The notes: generated by a model from the letters alone, not told the origin. Shown: positions 37,056 to 46,892, numbered from the stretch's first letter. The stretch is DNA of 64,000 nt from Bacteroidales bacterium (GCA_017394445.1 JAFPYT010000071.1:25005-89004); one strand, 5' to 3'. Program-made: numbers and translations.

Positions 37056-38093
37056 ATGGATGGCAGACTTAAAAAAGGAATCAGAATAACAGTGTTTTTC
37101 GCCATTGGGGCACTACTATTTTGGCTCGCATACCGAGGTCAGGATATAGGCACGCTCATCAATGCGCTCGAAGGCACACGTTGGGGATGGATTGTGGCTA
37201 TTGCAATATTCTATCTTACAGCGCATTACAGCCGTGCCGAAAGATGGAGGCTGCTTTTAGAACCATTTGGATACAAGCCAAGAGGAATCAACCTTTTTAT
37301 GTCGGTTTTGGTAATGTATCTCAGCAACTTAGCCATACCGCGTTCGGGCGAAGTGTTGCGCTGCGGAATTGTTTCAAAATACGAAAAAATACCATTTGCA
37401 CGGTGTCTCGGCACGGTGGTAACGGAGCGCATAGCCGATTTGACAATAATATTAATAGTGTCGGCAATAGTGCTGGCAAGTCAGTGGGGATTTGTGTCGG
37501 AAATGGTAGCAGCCAACCCCGATATTAGCGAAAGAATCGAACTCATAAAGCAATACATTATACCCATTTCGTTGATACTCATAGTATTAACCATTATTGG
37601 AATTTGGCTTTTCCGGTTGGCAATACGCCGAAATATTTTTGGCATTGGCGACAAAATCAACGGCATTTGGCAGCAGTTTCGCGACGGACTCACCACAATT
37701 CTTCACCTAAAACACCGCACCTTATTTATAATACATAGCCTTTACATCAATTTTGTATATTTCTACGCCGTGTATCTCGGGTTCAAAGCATTTGGATTTA
37801 CCGAACATCTTACCCTTATAACAGGTTTGATGGTGTTTGTGCTTGCCACTTTTGGCGTAATAGTGCCGTCGCCAGGTGGTATGGGAACGTGGCATTTTAT
37901 TGTAATAGAGACGCTTGCAATGTACGGCGTAAAACGCGACCCCGATGGCAGAGCATTCGCCCTTGTGATTCACGGATTGCAAGATATTTCGTTTATAATA
38001 CTCGGTGCTTTATCGCTGATATTGCTGCCGGTTATTAACAAAGACTATGTTCCACAAGTTGACGATGCCGACCAAACGCCTCCAAACACCTGA
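37056..38093 (+). CDS. Flippase-like / LPG-synthase-TM (UPF0104) domain membrane protein
   Basis: Polytopic, with the motif IPRSGEVLRCGIVSKYEKIPFARCLGTVVTERIADL typical of the lysylphosphatidylglycerol-synthase TM-region family. Confidence 0.65.
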   Translation: MDGRLKKGIRITVFFAIGALLFWLAYRGQDIGTLINALEGTRWGWIVAIAIFYLTAHYSRAERWRLLLEPFGYKPRGINLFMSVLVMYLSNLAIPRSGEVLRCGIVSKYEKIPFARCLGTVVTERIADLTIILIVSAIVLASQWGFVSEMVAANPDISERIELIKQYIIPISLILIVLTIIGIWLFRLAIRRNIFGIGDKINGIWQQFRDGLTTILHLKHRTLFIIHSLYINFVYFYAVYLGFKAFGFTEHLTLITGLMVFVLATFGVIVPSPGGMGTWHFIVIETLAMYGVKRDPDGRAFALVIHGLQDISFIILGALSLILLPVINKDYVPQVDDADQTPPNT

Positions 38094-38098
38094 TTATT

Positions 38099-39070
38099 AT
38101 GAAGAAAAAGGTAATACTCGCTTTAAAAATATTCGCGGTAATCGCTTTTTATGTTTTTCTTTATAAAATATCAATTCCACACATCGAGCAACTTAAAGAA
38201 TATTATCAAATAAATGGGTTTAGCGATATAAGGCTCAACCTTTTCGCTATGGCAGTAATTCTTGTTTTGCCTAATTGGTTGGTAGAGTCGGTAAAATGGC
38301 TTTTTGCCGTTAAGCCAATACAAGAAATATCATTAAAAACCGCAATCAAAGGCGTTTTAAAAGGCATTCCACCGTCAACATTTACTCCCAACCGCATAGG
38401 CGAAACAGTAGGACGACCCTCTGTGCTCAACCCCCAGCACCATGTGGAAGGTGGCATTGCCACGCTTTACAACGGTATTAGTCAAATGCCTATAATGTTG
38501 ATATTTACAGCAGCGGCTTCGTTTTATTTTTCTGCAAATGGCACACTATTTATCCACGAAGAATACCTCACAAAACCATTGTTTGGCATAGCGGCATTGA
38601 TAGGTGCGGCATTGATTATAGCATTATTTTACCACCCGAAAATATTTGTGCCAACAACTCAAAAATACCGTCTCACCCAAAAAATTGCACCAAAATTAGA
38701 GTTTTTTGCACGATACCACAGCCAAGAGCAAAACACATTATTAATATTAAGTGCAATCAGATTTTTTATTTACTGCACACAAAACTATCTTGTAATAAAA
38801 GCATTAGGCATCAACATCAGCATCATCGACGGATATGCGGCGATATTTTTGATCTACGGCATAATAAGTTTTGTGCCGCGTCCTGCCCTTGCCGAATTAG
38901 GAGTAAGATGTTCGGTATCGGCATTGATACTCGCCCCCTACTCTCCCAACCCACTGTTGCCCGCGGCATCTTCGGCATTACTTTGGATTATCAACATACT
39001 GATACCGTGCATTATAGGAACATTTTTGTATATTCCACAAAAAAAACATCAAAAAAACTTTGCACAATAA
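38099..39070 (+). CDS. Second flippase-like / LPG-synthase-TM-type membrane protein (divergent)
   Basis: Polytopic, with the FTPNRIGETVGRP motif. It starts 5 nt after the previous gene. Confidence 0.5.
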   Translation: MKKKVILALKIFAVIAFYVFLYKISIPHIEQLKEYYQINGFSDIRLNLFAMAVILVLPNWLVESVKWLFAVKPIQEISLKTAIKGVLKGIPPSTFTPNRIGETVGRPSVLNPQHHVEGGIATLYNGISQMPIMLIFTAAASFYFSANGTLFIHEEYLTKPLFGIAALIGAALIIALFYHPKIFVPTTQKYRLTQKIAPKLEFFARYHSQEQNTLLILSAIRFFIYCTQNYLVIKALGINISIIDGYAAIFLIYGIISFVPRPALAELGVRCSVSALILAPYSPNPLLPAASSALLWIINILIPCIIGTFLYIPQKKHQKNFAQ

Positions 39071-39081
39071 TAAAAAACCTC

Positions 39082-39089
39082 TACATTTG
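39082..39089 (+). promoter_or_regulatory. Bacteroidota -7 promoter box (TACATTTG) for tRNA-Leu
   Basis: Lies 19 nt upstream of the tRNA 5' end. Confidence 0.4.
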
Positions 39090-39107
39090 CGCCGTGAAAA
39101 CCACCTT

Positions 39108-39191
39108 GCCCTGGTGGCGGAATTGGTAGACGCGTTGGTCTCAAACACCAATGGAGTAACATCCTTGCCGGTTCGATCCCGGCCCGGGGTA
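39108..39191 (+). tRNA. tRNA-Leu (anticodon CAA), class II with long variable arm
   Basis: Acceptor GCCCTGG/CCGGGGT, D arm GCGG-AATTGGTAGA-CGC, anticodon stem TTGGT/ACCAA with loop CTCAAAC, long variable arm, T arm GCCGG-TTCGATC-CCGGC. CCA is not encoded. Confidence 0.85.
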
Positions 39192-39192
39192 C

Positions 39193-39232
39193 AAAAAAAG
39201 AGGCGCAAAAATTTTTTGCGCCTCTTTTTTTT
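39193..39232 (+). terminator. Rho-independent terminator after tRNA-Leu
   Basis: AAAAAAAGAGGCGCAAAAATTTTTTGCGCCTCTTTTTTTT: a GAGGCGC/GCGCCTC stem with A/T extension and an 8-T tail. Confidence 0.7.
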
Positions 39233-39338
39233 ATAAAACTCAAAACAAATTAAATAAAATCAATCGTTTTTTTTAGGATATGTAAATAATTATCAGTATA
39301 ATTGCAACTTAATTATTACATATAACACTACAAATAAT

Positions 39339-42300
39339 ATGAACACGCATAACCAAATCAAACTTGACAATGTGCCAACAATAGGCCTACATTTAAAAAC
39401 AGTGCTTTCTTTATTAATTATAACGCTGTTTTTAAACGCAGAATCGTATGGACAAAAACTATTCAAAGCCACATATACAAACAAAGAGGGTGAAGAACAA
39501 ACTCAAGAGTTCGACAAACTTGAAGACGCACTTGACGATAATAATTATTGGACTCACTATCCAGAAGAAAATCTATACTGGTTTCCTTTAGAAGTAACAA
39601 TCACACAAACACAAGATGATAATTACTATGTTAATAAACAAACACTATCTCCTGGAATACTAAAAAGTCCAGATAGTGGGAATATGCGCACTGGAGTAAA
39701 ACGTTATATCCTTAATCTACAAAACGTGTCTTTTCCCGAAAACGCTGAAATCAATGTTAAAGGATATGGAATAATCATTCAAAACATTATTCTAAATAGC
39801 CCTCTAATATTCAATATACCCTCTGGTCCTGTCTTAGAGATTAAAGGTGGCACATTCAATCGAAAAGTATCATTTGTTGGAACAGAAAATAAATATTATG
39901 GAATCTTGGAAATTTCTGGAGGAACTTTCACTAATGGACAAAATGATGATTGCGCTTTATCGATTGAAAACATATATAGTGTAGAGGTATCAGGAGGCGA
40001 TTTTCGTTATCAAACAAGTACAAGTAGCAATTTAGATGTAAGTGGGCCTACTGCTTTCAAAGTTGTATCTAACCGCAATGATATAAAAATTACAGGTGGC
40101 ACCTTTGGTCCAGCAAACCCTGATGCTAATATTAATGGAACAGGATTACTTGTAGAAGCATTTGCTGGTATTATGAAAATTTCAGGAGGAACTTTTAAAG
40201 GTAATCCGGGTGCAATAAAAAATATAACAGGCAAGAGTATTATCGACCCACAAGCATCTTTTGTTGATATCAACGGTTCAGTATTCACCGAAAACTACAA
40301 TAGTTCATATCTGCTTGCTGACGGTAGTGGTAATCCTTTTGGAGAATCTTCAGTTGGAGGTTTTGGTCAATATCTCGAACTTTCTAACGAAGGTAAAACC
40401 CTCACCTTTAAATATGGGCTATTGCCTGAACCATTCGGAGATAACATTATTGAATTAAAGTATTTACAACAAACACCCGGAAAAGATTGGAGCAAGGTAG
40501 AAACCGTAGTTTTTGATCAATCTTATACCGATAATGTATTACCTACATCTTGTGCATTTTGGTTCTCTAATTTTGAGAATCTCAAAGAGATTCAAAACTT
40601 AGACAAACTTAATACAAGCCAAGTAACCAATATGTATGGTATGTTTATGAATTGTTCTTCGCTTGAAACAATCGACATAAGCACATTCAGCACGGCATCA
40701 CTCAAAAAAGACCAAGAAGGAGAAACCGTTGGCATCAAATATATGTTTTACGGGTGCAAAAAACTAAAATCCATTACATTGTATAATCCAGAAACACCAT
40801 CCGTACATTTCACGCCCAACAGTAATATAACTTCGCTTTCTGGCATATTTAGTGATTGCAATGTCCTCGAAACCATCGATTTGAGTTACTTCGATATCGG
40901 CACAAACATAACTGATATGTCGCAAATGTTTTACAATTGCAATACAATTACCACACTCGATTTGTCAAAATTTAACACAAACAATGTAACAGATATGTCT
41001 GCAATGTTTTATTATTGCAATAACCTGACAACAATTTTAGTAGATCAAAATAAATGGAAAACCAACGATGGAACAAACACAAGTGCTATGTTCAGTGGTT
41101 GTATCAACCTCATCGGTAACAATGGCACTCAATACGATGACTCACAAACTTCTGGAGACTACGCCCACATTGATGAAGGTCAAGACAATCCAGGCTACTT
41201 TACAACTGGTTCGTACAAAATAATCTACGACCTTGATGGCGGTGAAGAAACAGGAAACCCAACTTCATTACCTCTATCTGGTGCAACTTCTGATATTACC
41301 CTTACAAAACCTACAAAAGAAGGATATTTCTTTACGGGATGGTCTGGCACGTCGGCCACCGGTTTATCGGGTGATAATAATACGAATGTTTCTATTCCGA
41401 AAGGAAGCAAAGAAAATAGAAAATATACTGCAAACTGGGCTCAAGGAAAACCTTACGCTGTTGTTACTGAAACTGAAGGCACAAAAAAAATGACGTTTTA
41501 CTATGGTGTAAAACCTGAAAACAATTCTACGCAAACAGTTCTCACTATTTATCAGGATGAGAATTTCGATTCTGAAATATTTAATAATTGGAAACAAAAC
41601 AGAGGAGATGTTATAGAAGTAATATTCGATGAATCGTTCAAAAAATGTCAATTAACTACTTGTAGCGGCTTATTTGCAGGATTTTCATCCCTTACAACAA
41701 TAACCAACATTGAAAATTTTGATGCATCACAAGTAAAAGATATGAATCAAATGTTCTCTGGGTGTTCTGCATTAGAAAGCATGGATTTTTTAAAAAATAT
41801 CAAAACATCTAATGTTACAAATATGTCTAAGATGTTTCAAAACTGTTCGAAGTTAGAAAGCATTGATTTTTTAAATAATATCAATACATCTAAAGTAGAA
41901 GATATGTCTTATATGTTCAATGGGTGTTCTGCATTAAAAAGAATAGATTTAAACATCAACACAGAAAAGGTTACAGATATGTCTGAGATGTTCCAAGAGT
42001 GTTCTTCATTGATAAGTGTAAATTTAGACATCAACACATCTAATGTTAAAGATATGCATTGTATGTTTACTGATTGCTCATGGCTAACTGACATCACATT
42101 CGGTAATGACTTTACAACTGCTAATGTTACGGATTGCGGTGGTATGTTTTATGGTTGCACAAACCTGACGAAACCAATAGATATGTCATTGTTTGACCTT
42201 AGGCTTTGTGAAGGCTATTTGGGTGGTGGTATATTTATGAATACAGGTTATACAAATATAGTCCTTAAAGAGTTTAATATTCCAGAAGGTATAACTTCAA

Positions 42301-43634
42301 TGCACCAATGGTTTCAAAGATGCGAAAAACTGGAAACTATTGATCTTAGAGATGTTGACATTTCATCGGTAAAAGATTTTAGTTATATGTTTGCACAATG
42401 TGAAAATCTCAAAACTATCATTGTTGACAAAGACTGGAAAATAAACAACGATGCTGTTTGCGATGGTATGTTCTCACGCTGTTTTTCTCTTGAGGGCAAA
42501 TATGGAACTAAATACGATGAAGGCAAAACAGATGGACAATACGCCAGAGTTGATAGTGATGGTGCTCCCGGCTATCTATCCGACGGAATATACACAATAT
42601 CCTATATTCACAAAGATCAAAACGGCGAGACTATAAACATCACACTTGATAATAATTATCCAACAAAATATACCTACGATGATAATGACATTACCATCAA
42701 CAAACCAACTCAAATGCCAGGTTATTCTTTTAAAGAGTGGAAGTACACAATATCAACCGACAAGGACAATATTCTTACTGGAGACCAAATAATTATTCCT
42801 CATAATTCTGTAGGCAACTATGAGATAACTATCACATGGGACGTAGAATCTAAAATCAAAATCATCCCGTCAACAGATTTCATCTCATTCCCCACAGATT
42901 GGAAAAAATTCTGCAAAAAACAAGAAACAGAGGCAATACTAACTTACAGTCTTGCTGAGGGTAGCGGCGAACCAAAAAATTGTATTATCATTATAGAAAC
43001 TATTGAAGGTAGTGTTAATTACGAAACACAAAATGGCGAAGTGCATATTTCTACATTGCCCACCCCCCCAGGAAAATACAATTGCTCTGCAGTGTTTGTG
43101 GGCGATGAAGAATCTACAACTCCATCAGACACCATCAAATTCACTTTAGAAATCACCGCCGCACGTGGATTAATTTTGCAACTATACAAAAACGTGATTT
43201 TCGTCAACAATAGTAGCGAAAAGTTTGAAACATACCAATGGTATCGCTACGGAGAAGAAACCGACGAAAAACTCAAAAACGGTGAACGCCAATACTTCAC
43301 CGAACCCACTCTCAAAGGCTCGTATTGGGCATTGCTCAACGGCAAAATTCACGCCTGCTATATGGAAGACCAACCCGTGATTGTAAAGCAAGCCGAGGTG
43401 TCAATCTCAACCTACCCCAACCCTGCCGTAGAAGGCGAGCAGTTTACCATCGAAATCAACAATTTTGACCCTGATACAGAATACTCTTTGATAATATCCA
43501 ATAGCAACGGCAATATAATAAAACAACTAACCGTTACAAAAAAGCAAACCACACTCAGCCTGCCTCGTGGTTTTTACACAGGTGCGTTGATGTGGTCGGG
43601 CAACAAACAGTCGTTTAAAATAATAGTGAGGTAA
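39339..43634 (+). CDS. Giant BspA-type leucine-rich-repeat (DUF285) surface protein with Listeria-Bacteroides repeats and a T9SS C-terminal sorting domain
   Basis: There are many DUF285-type repeats (VTNMYGMFMNCSSLETIDIS, VTDMSAMFYYCNNLTTI, VKDMNQMFSGCSALESMDF...). List-Bact repeats include YKIIYDLDGGEETGNP...TKEGYFFTGWSG and YTISYIHKDQNGE...MPGYSFKEWKY. The C-terminus ISTYPNPAVEGEQFTIEINN...FKIIVR is T9SS CTD-like. Confidence 0.8.
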   Translation: MNTHNQIKLDNVPTIGLHLKTVLSLLIITLFLNAESYGQKLFKATYTNKEGEEQTQEFDKLEDALDDNNYWTHYPEENLYWFPLEVTITQTQDDNYYVNKQTLSPGILKSPDSGNMRTGVKRYILNLQNVSFPENAEINVKGYGIIIQNIILNSPLIFNIPSGPVLEIKGGTFNRKVSFVGTENKYYGILEISGGTFTNGQNDDCALSIENIYSVEVSGGDFRYQTSTSSNLDVSGPTAFKVVSNRNDIKITGGTFGPANPDANINGTGLLVEAFAGIMKISGGTFKGNPGAIKNITGKSIIDPQASFVDINGSVFTENYNSSYLLADGSGNPFGESSVGGFGQYLELSNEGKTLTFKYGLLPEPFGDNIIELKYLQQTPGKDWSKVETVVFDQSYTDNVLPTSCAFWFSNFENLKEIQNLDKLNTSQVTNMYGMFMNCSSLETIDISTFSTASLKKDQEGETVGIKYMFYGCKKLKSITLYNPETPSVHFTPNSNITSLSGIFSDCNVLETIDLSYFDIGTNITDMSQMFYNCNTITTLDLSKFNTNNVTDMSAMFYYCNNLTTILVDQNKWKTNDGTNTSAMFSGCINLIGNNGTQYDDSQTSGDYAHIDEGQDNPGYFTTGSYKIIYDLDGGEETGNPTSLPLSGATSDITLTKPTKEGYFFTGWSGTSATGLSGDNNTNVSIPKGSKENRKYTANWAQGKPYAVVTETEGTKKMTFYYGVKPENNSTQTVLTIYQDENFDSEIFNNWKQNRGDVIEVIFDESFKKCQLTTCSGLFAGFSSLTTITNIENFDASQVKDMNQMFSGCSALESMDFLKNIKTSNVTNMSKMFQNCSKLESIDFLNNINTSKVEDMSYMFNGCSALKRIDLNINTEKVTDMSEMFQECSSLISVNLDINTSNVKDMHCMFTDCSWLTDITFGNDFTTANVTDCGGMFYGCTNLTKPIDMSLFDLRLCEGYLGGGIFMNTGYTNIVLKEFNIPEGITSMHQWFQRCEKLETIDLRDVDISSVKDFSYMFAQCENLKTIIVDKDWKINNDAVCDGMFSRCFSLEGKYGTKYDEGKTDGQYARVDSDGAPGYLSDGIYTISYIHKDQNGETINITLDNNYPTKYTYDDNDITINKPTQMPGYSFKEWKYTISTDKDNILTGDQIIIPHNSVGNYEITITWDVESKIKIIPSTDFISFPTDWKKFCKKQETEAILTYSLAEGSGEPKNCIIIIETIEGSVNYETQNGEVHISTLPTPPGKYNCSAVFVGDEESTTPSDTIKFTLEITAARGLILQLYKNVIFVNNSSEKFETYQWYRYGEETDEKLKNGERQYFTEPTLKGSYWALLNGKIHACYMEDQPVIVKQAEVSISTYPNPAVEGEQFTIEINNFDPDTEYSLIISNSNGNIIKQLTVTKKQTTLSLPRGFYTGALMWSGNKQSFKIIVR

Positions 43635-43636
43635 AA

Positions 43637-44269
43637 ATGAAAAAATCGTCACCGCTACTTTTGTTAGCGTTTGTAACTTTATGTGTTTTAATATCTTGCA
43701 GCAACAATAATTCTATCAAAGAACCACACAGCGGCGAGTTTTCGGTTAGCGATTCGCAAAAGGTGGTGTTTGCTATCGAAAATCTCAAAAATGGAGATTC
43801 TGATTTGTTTGATTTCAATCAATATGGCAATATATCAGAGGGTTGGCGTTTACTTTCCGCCGATGAGTGGCAATACATTGTGTTAAAACGCAAAAACGCC
43901 ATAAACCTAATTCTGTGGGCTACTGTTGATGGCAAAAAGGGTGTAATTTTATTACCCGATAATTACGCTAACACACTCAAACTAAACCATATATCACCAC
44001 AATCTATTAAGCCGTGGGACGATCAGATATGCCTTATCAACTCCGACACTGACCCCACCACGCTCAACGTTATATCAAATAATCAGTGGACAGAATTGGC
44101 AAACCAAGGTGCGATATTCTTGCCTATGAACCTTGGCAACGAAGGCGGATATTGGCAAACCGGCGACTCGTTTTTAAGTTTCAATTCTGCTTTTATATGG
44201 CCTGCTCGTGGCTGTGTAACATCGGCATTAAAGTTAAATGTGCGCCTTGCAATTGATATCAACAAATAA
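43637..44269 (+). CDS. Hypothetical lipoprotein
   Basis: The lipobox signal is MKKSSPLLLLAFVTLCVLISC. It starts 2 nt after the BspA-like stop. The motifs GWRLLSADEWQYI and GGYW hint at a DUF1566/FISUMP-like fold (weak). Confidence 0.6.
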   Translation: MKKSSPLLLLAFVTLCVLISCSNNNSIKEPHSGEFSVSDSQKVVFAIENLKNGDSDLFDFNQYGNISEGWRLLSADEWQYIVLKRKNAINLILWATVDGKKGVILLPDNYANTLKLNHISPQSIKPWDDQICLINSDTDPTTLNVISNNQWTELANQGAIFLPMNLGNEGGYWQTGDSFLSFNSAFIWPARGCVTSALKLNVRLAIDINK

Positions 44270-44350
44270 ACTCGTCTACCAAAATCGGCGGTTTATCGAC
44301 CAATTACAGCCCTTCATCTAAAAAAAAATCTATATCACCTTTTATTAAGT

Positions 44351-44358
44351 TAAGTTTG
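44351..44358 (+). promoter_or_regulatory. Bacteroidota -7 promoter box (TAAGTTTG)
   Basis: Lies 50 nt upstream of ATG 44408. Confidence 0.35.
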
Positions 44359-44407
44359 CAATGTAAAACAACAAAGACAATTGTTTAATATTTAAAACTG
44401 AACTGAC

Positions 44408-44992
44408 ATGAAAGTAAAAATGATTTTAGCGGCTGCCGCTATGGTATTCTGCACAGCCGCTGCCAACGCTCAAGAAGCACGCTACGAATTTGAAAAAGCC
44501 GTCATCACCACCAAAACCGAGATGATGGGCAACCCTATGATTACTACTTACTACATTGCTGACTACGGCAAAAAAGAGACATCCGAATTTAAGATGGATA
44601 TGTCGGCTATGGGCGGCAACGTAATGAATATGAGAACTGTACGCACTGCCGAAGGTGCTGTAACATTCGACATTAACGCCAAAGAGGGTCAAAAAACCGA
44701 AGGCTCAGTAAACTTTCTCAACCTTACTCCCGAAATAGTTAAGAAACACAAAATCAAAGAGAAAGGCGAAGAAATCGTAAACGGCTATCCCTGCAAAAAA
44801 TACGAAGTTAACACCGAACAGATGGGTATGTCGGTAGCGTCTACCGTTTGGGTTTGGAAAGGATTCGCTATCAAAACAGTGGTAGACGGCGGAATGTTTC
44901 AAATCGAAACCGTTGTAGATTCGTTTGACGAAAACGGAACTATTCCCGAAGGCATTTTTGATGTACCTGCCGACGTAAAAATCAGAAAATAA
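44408..44992 (+). CDS. Hypothetical secreted protein (possibly LolA-like/DUF4412-like)
   Basis: The signal peptide is MKVKMILAAAAMVFCTAAANAQE. The family assignment is weak. Confidence 0.55.
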   Translation: MKVKMILAAAAMVFCTAAANAQEARYEFEKAVITTKTEMMGNPMITTYYIADYGKKETSEFKMDMSAMGGNVMNMRTVRTAEGAVTFDINAKEGQKTEGSVNFLNLTPEIVKKHKIKEKGEEIVNGYPCKKYEVNTEQMGMSVASTVWVWKGFAIKTVVDGGMFQIETVVDSFDENGTIPEGIFDVPADVKIRK

Positions 44993-45020
44993 GTTAATAG
45001 CCAATAGTTTTCACACACAT

Positions 45021-45049
45021 GGGACGCGCCTTGGTGCGTCCCTTTTTTT
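45021..45049 (+). terminator. Rho-independent terminator
   Basis: GGGACGCgCCttGGtGCGTCCC followed by TTTTTTT. Confidence 0.65.
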
Positions 45050-45500
45050 ATTCATCGTCGTTGTCGAAGTCGGGCATAAAGCCGTCGAGCATATCGTATT
45101 CGTCGTCGGAATCGTATAGGCGGTCGATGTCGCGGCGGTCTTTTTTGGTAGGACGTCCTGCGCCACGGTCGCGTTTGCCAAACGAAAAACGTCCCATCTC
45201 GGTCATCATTTTTAGTTTAAACAAATCGTCCTCAGAGGTGGTTTCGGTGATATAATCGGGTACTTTGGCTGCGCCCACACGTCCACGGAGCAATTGAAGC
45301 ACCTTGTAGCGGCGGTAAACAGGATTAACCTTTACGCTGATTTCGTCGTTGGGACGAACAACACGGGCGGGTTTTACAGCCGCTCCATTGATAAGTATGC
45401 GCCCCTTGCCACAAGCGTCGGCGGCAAGCGAACGGGTTTTAAACAAGCGGACGTTGAACAAAAACTTGTCGATCCGCATTTCGGAGTTTTCTTCTGCCAT
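45048..45500 (-). CDS. S4-domain RNA-binding protein (Hsp15/HslR-like) with an acidic/basic C-terminal tail
   Basis: The segment MRIDKFLFNVRLFKTRSLAADACGKGRILINGAAVKPARVVRPNDEISV is an S4 domain. Confidence 0.75.
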   Translation of the reverse strand: MAEENSEMRIDKFLFNVRLFKTRSLAADACGKGRILINGAAVKPARVVRPNDEISVKVNPVYRRYKVLQLLRGRVGAAKVPDYITETTSEDDLFKLKMMTEMGRFSFGKRDRGAGRPTKKDRRDIDRLYDSDDEYDMLDGFMPDFDNDDE

Positions 45501-45518
45501 AATGGTTTGGTTTAAAGG

Positions 45519-46082
45519 TTATTTACCGTTATACATATTCATAGTGCGCTGTATACCGTTGGTAATAAAACTGTAAAGTGCCTCGGTGGTGGTTTTGGTG
45601 CGTTCTTGAATACGATTTAGTTCTTCAAAATTCCATTTTCCAAGCACAAAATCTACCTGATGACCCTTTGCAAAATCGTTGCCGATACCAAAACGCAAAC
45701 GCGCATAATTTTGAGTACCAAGCAGTTCTGAAATGTTTTTAAGTCCGTTATGCCCAGCCTCGCTACCGTTTGCCCTCAGGCGTATTACACCAAAGGGCAA
45801 CGCAAGGTCGTCGACACATACAATGAGGTTTTCAACTGGAATGTTTTCCTCTTTGAGCCAATAACTTACAGCCTTTCCGCTGAGGTTCATAAAAGTAGAC
45901 GGCTTGATAATGGTAACAGGGTTGCCACGGTATTTAAACTGCGCCACATCGGCATAGCGGTCGGATGAAAACTGCGCACCTGCGTCGGCGGCAAGAGCGT
46001 CGGCGATTTTGAAGCCAATATTGTGGCGTGTGTCCCGGTATTCGGCTCCTATATTTCCGAGACCTGCGATAAGGTATTTCAC
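45519..46082 (-). CDS. pth: Peptidyl-tRNA hydrolase
   Basis: Motifs: MKYLIAGLGNIGAEYRDTRHNIGF and GSEAGHNGLKNI. Confidence 0.9.
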   Translation of the reverse strand: MKYLIAGLGNIGAEYRDTRHNIGFKIADALAADAGAQFSSDRYADVAQFKYRGNPVTIIKPSTFMNLSGKAVSYWLKEENIPVENLIVCVDDLALPFGVIRLRANGSEAGHNGLKNISELLGTQNYARLRFGIGNDFAKGHQVDFVLGKWNFEELNRIQERTKTTTEALYSFITNGIQRTMNMYNGK

Positions 46083-46102
46083 TGCTGATAATTATAAAAA
46101 CA

Positions 46103-46125
46103 GAGACGGCATAAAGTGCCGTCTC
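46103..46125 (-). terminator. Hairpin (GAGACGGCA/TGCCGTCTC) + T-run downstream of rplY on the minus strand
   Basis: A 9-bp perfect stem with a 5-nt loop. On the minus strand it is followed by TGTTTTTATAAT. Confidence 0.5.
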
Positions 46126-46157
46126 CGAAAGTCTAAAAACTTTTATTACTATGCAAA

Positions 46158-46751
46158 CTACTTCTTTTTCTTCTTTCCACCGTCGTCGGCAACAGCAGCC
46201 TGCTGAGTAGCACGTGTAGCTATGATGCGGCAGAGAAGCATATCCTGCGGGTCGGAAATACGATAATTGTCGAATTTGAGGTCGTGAACCTTGATCTGCT
46301 GTTCGAGTTCGAGTTCAGCGATGCTAACAACGATTCTTTCAGGAAGATTAGCAGCCTTGCCGGTAACTTTGAGTTTGCGGACAGCGGTTTTGAGTTTACC
46401 ACCGGCCTTAACACCGGGAGCGTGACCTTCGAATACTACAGGAAGTTTAACGGTGATTTCCTGCTCGTCGTTGAAGATGTAGAAATCGATGTGCATTACC
46501 TCGTCGGTAACGGGGTGGAACTGCATATCTTTGATTACAGTGTTGAATACTTCGCCGTCGATGGTGATTTTAACGATGAATACTTCGGGAGTGAAGATTG
46601 CGCCGTTGATTTCTTTTTGTTTAACGGTGAAGTCGATGTGCTTGCCGCAGCAGTAAGCCACGCAGGGTACGAGACCCTCTTTGCGCAAGTCTTTTGCAAA
46701 CTTGGTACCGATGTTTTCGCGTTTGGTACCTGCAATTTCAAATACTTTCAT
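46158..46751 (-). CDS. rplY: 50S ribosomal protein L25 / general stress protein Ctc
   Basis: 197 aa; the long Ctc form with a Lys-rich tail. Contains IPCVAYCCGKHIDFTV... and FHPVTDEVMHIDF. Confidence 0.85.
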   Translation of the reverse strand: MKVFEIAGTKRENIGTKFAKDLRKEGLVPCVAYCCGKHIDFTVKQKEINGAIFTPEVFIVKITIDGEVFNTVIKDMQFHPVTDEVMHIDFYIFNDEQEITVKLPVVFEGHAPGVKAGGKLKTAVRKLKVTGKAANLPERIVVSIAELELEQQIKVHDLKFDNYRISDPQDMLLCRIIATRATQQAAVADDGGKKKKK

Positions 46752-46852
46752 TTAATTAAATTTGTGTTACTCAAAATTGAGTGTTAATAAAAATTGTTTA
46801 CTCAATTTCCCATCGCACGGGCGGCTTTCCGCCCAATTGGAAAATTCGGGTG

Positions 46853-46860
46853 CAAAGATA
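46853..46860 (-). promoter_or_regulatory. Bacteroidota -7 promoter box (TATCTTTG on the minus strand) for rplY
   Basis: The reverse complement of CAAAGATA lies ~100 nt upstream of ATG 46751, which implies a long structured leader. Confidence 0.4.
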
Positions 46861-46892
46861 GATGTTTTTTTTATTCTTACAAAAAAAATCTC

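Noticed and set aside
39193-44269. Annotating the tRNA-Leu-adjacent AT-rich segment as a mobile element or genomic island.
   Set aside because: I found no integrase or recombinase ORF and no repeat of the tRNA 3' end. AT-richness may partly reflect the N/K/I/F-rich LRR composition. It is kept as a finding, not a feature.
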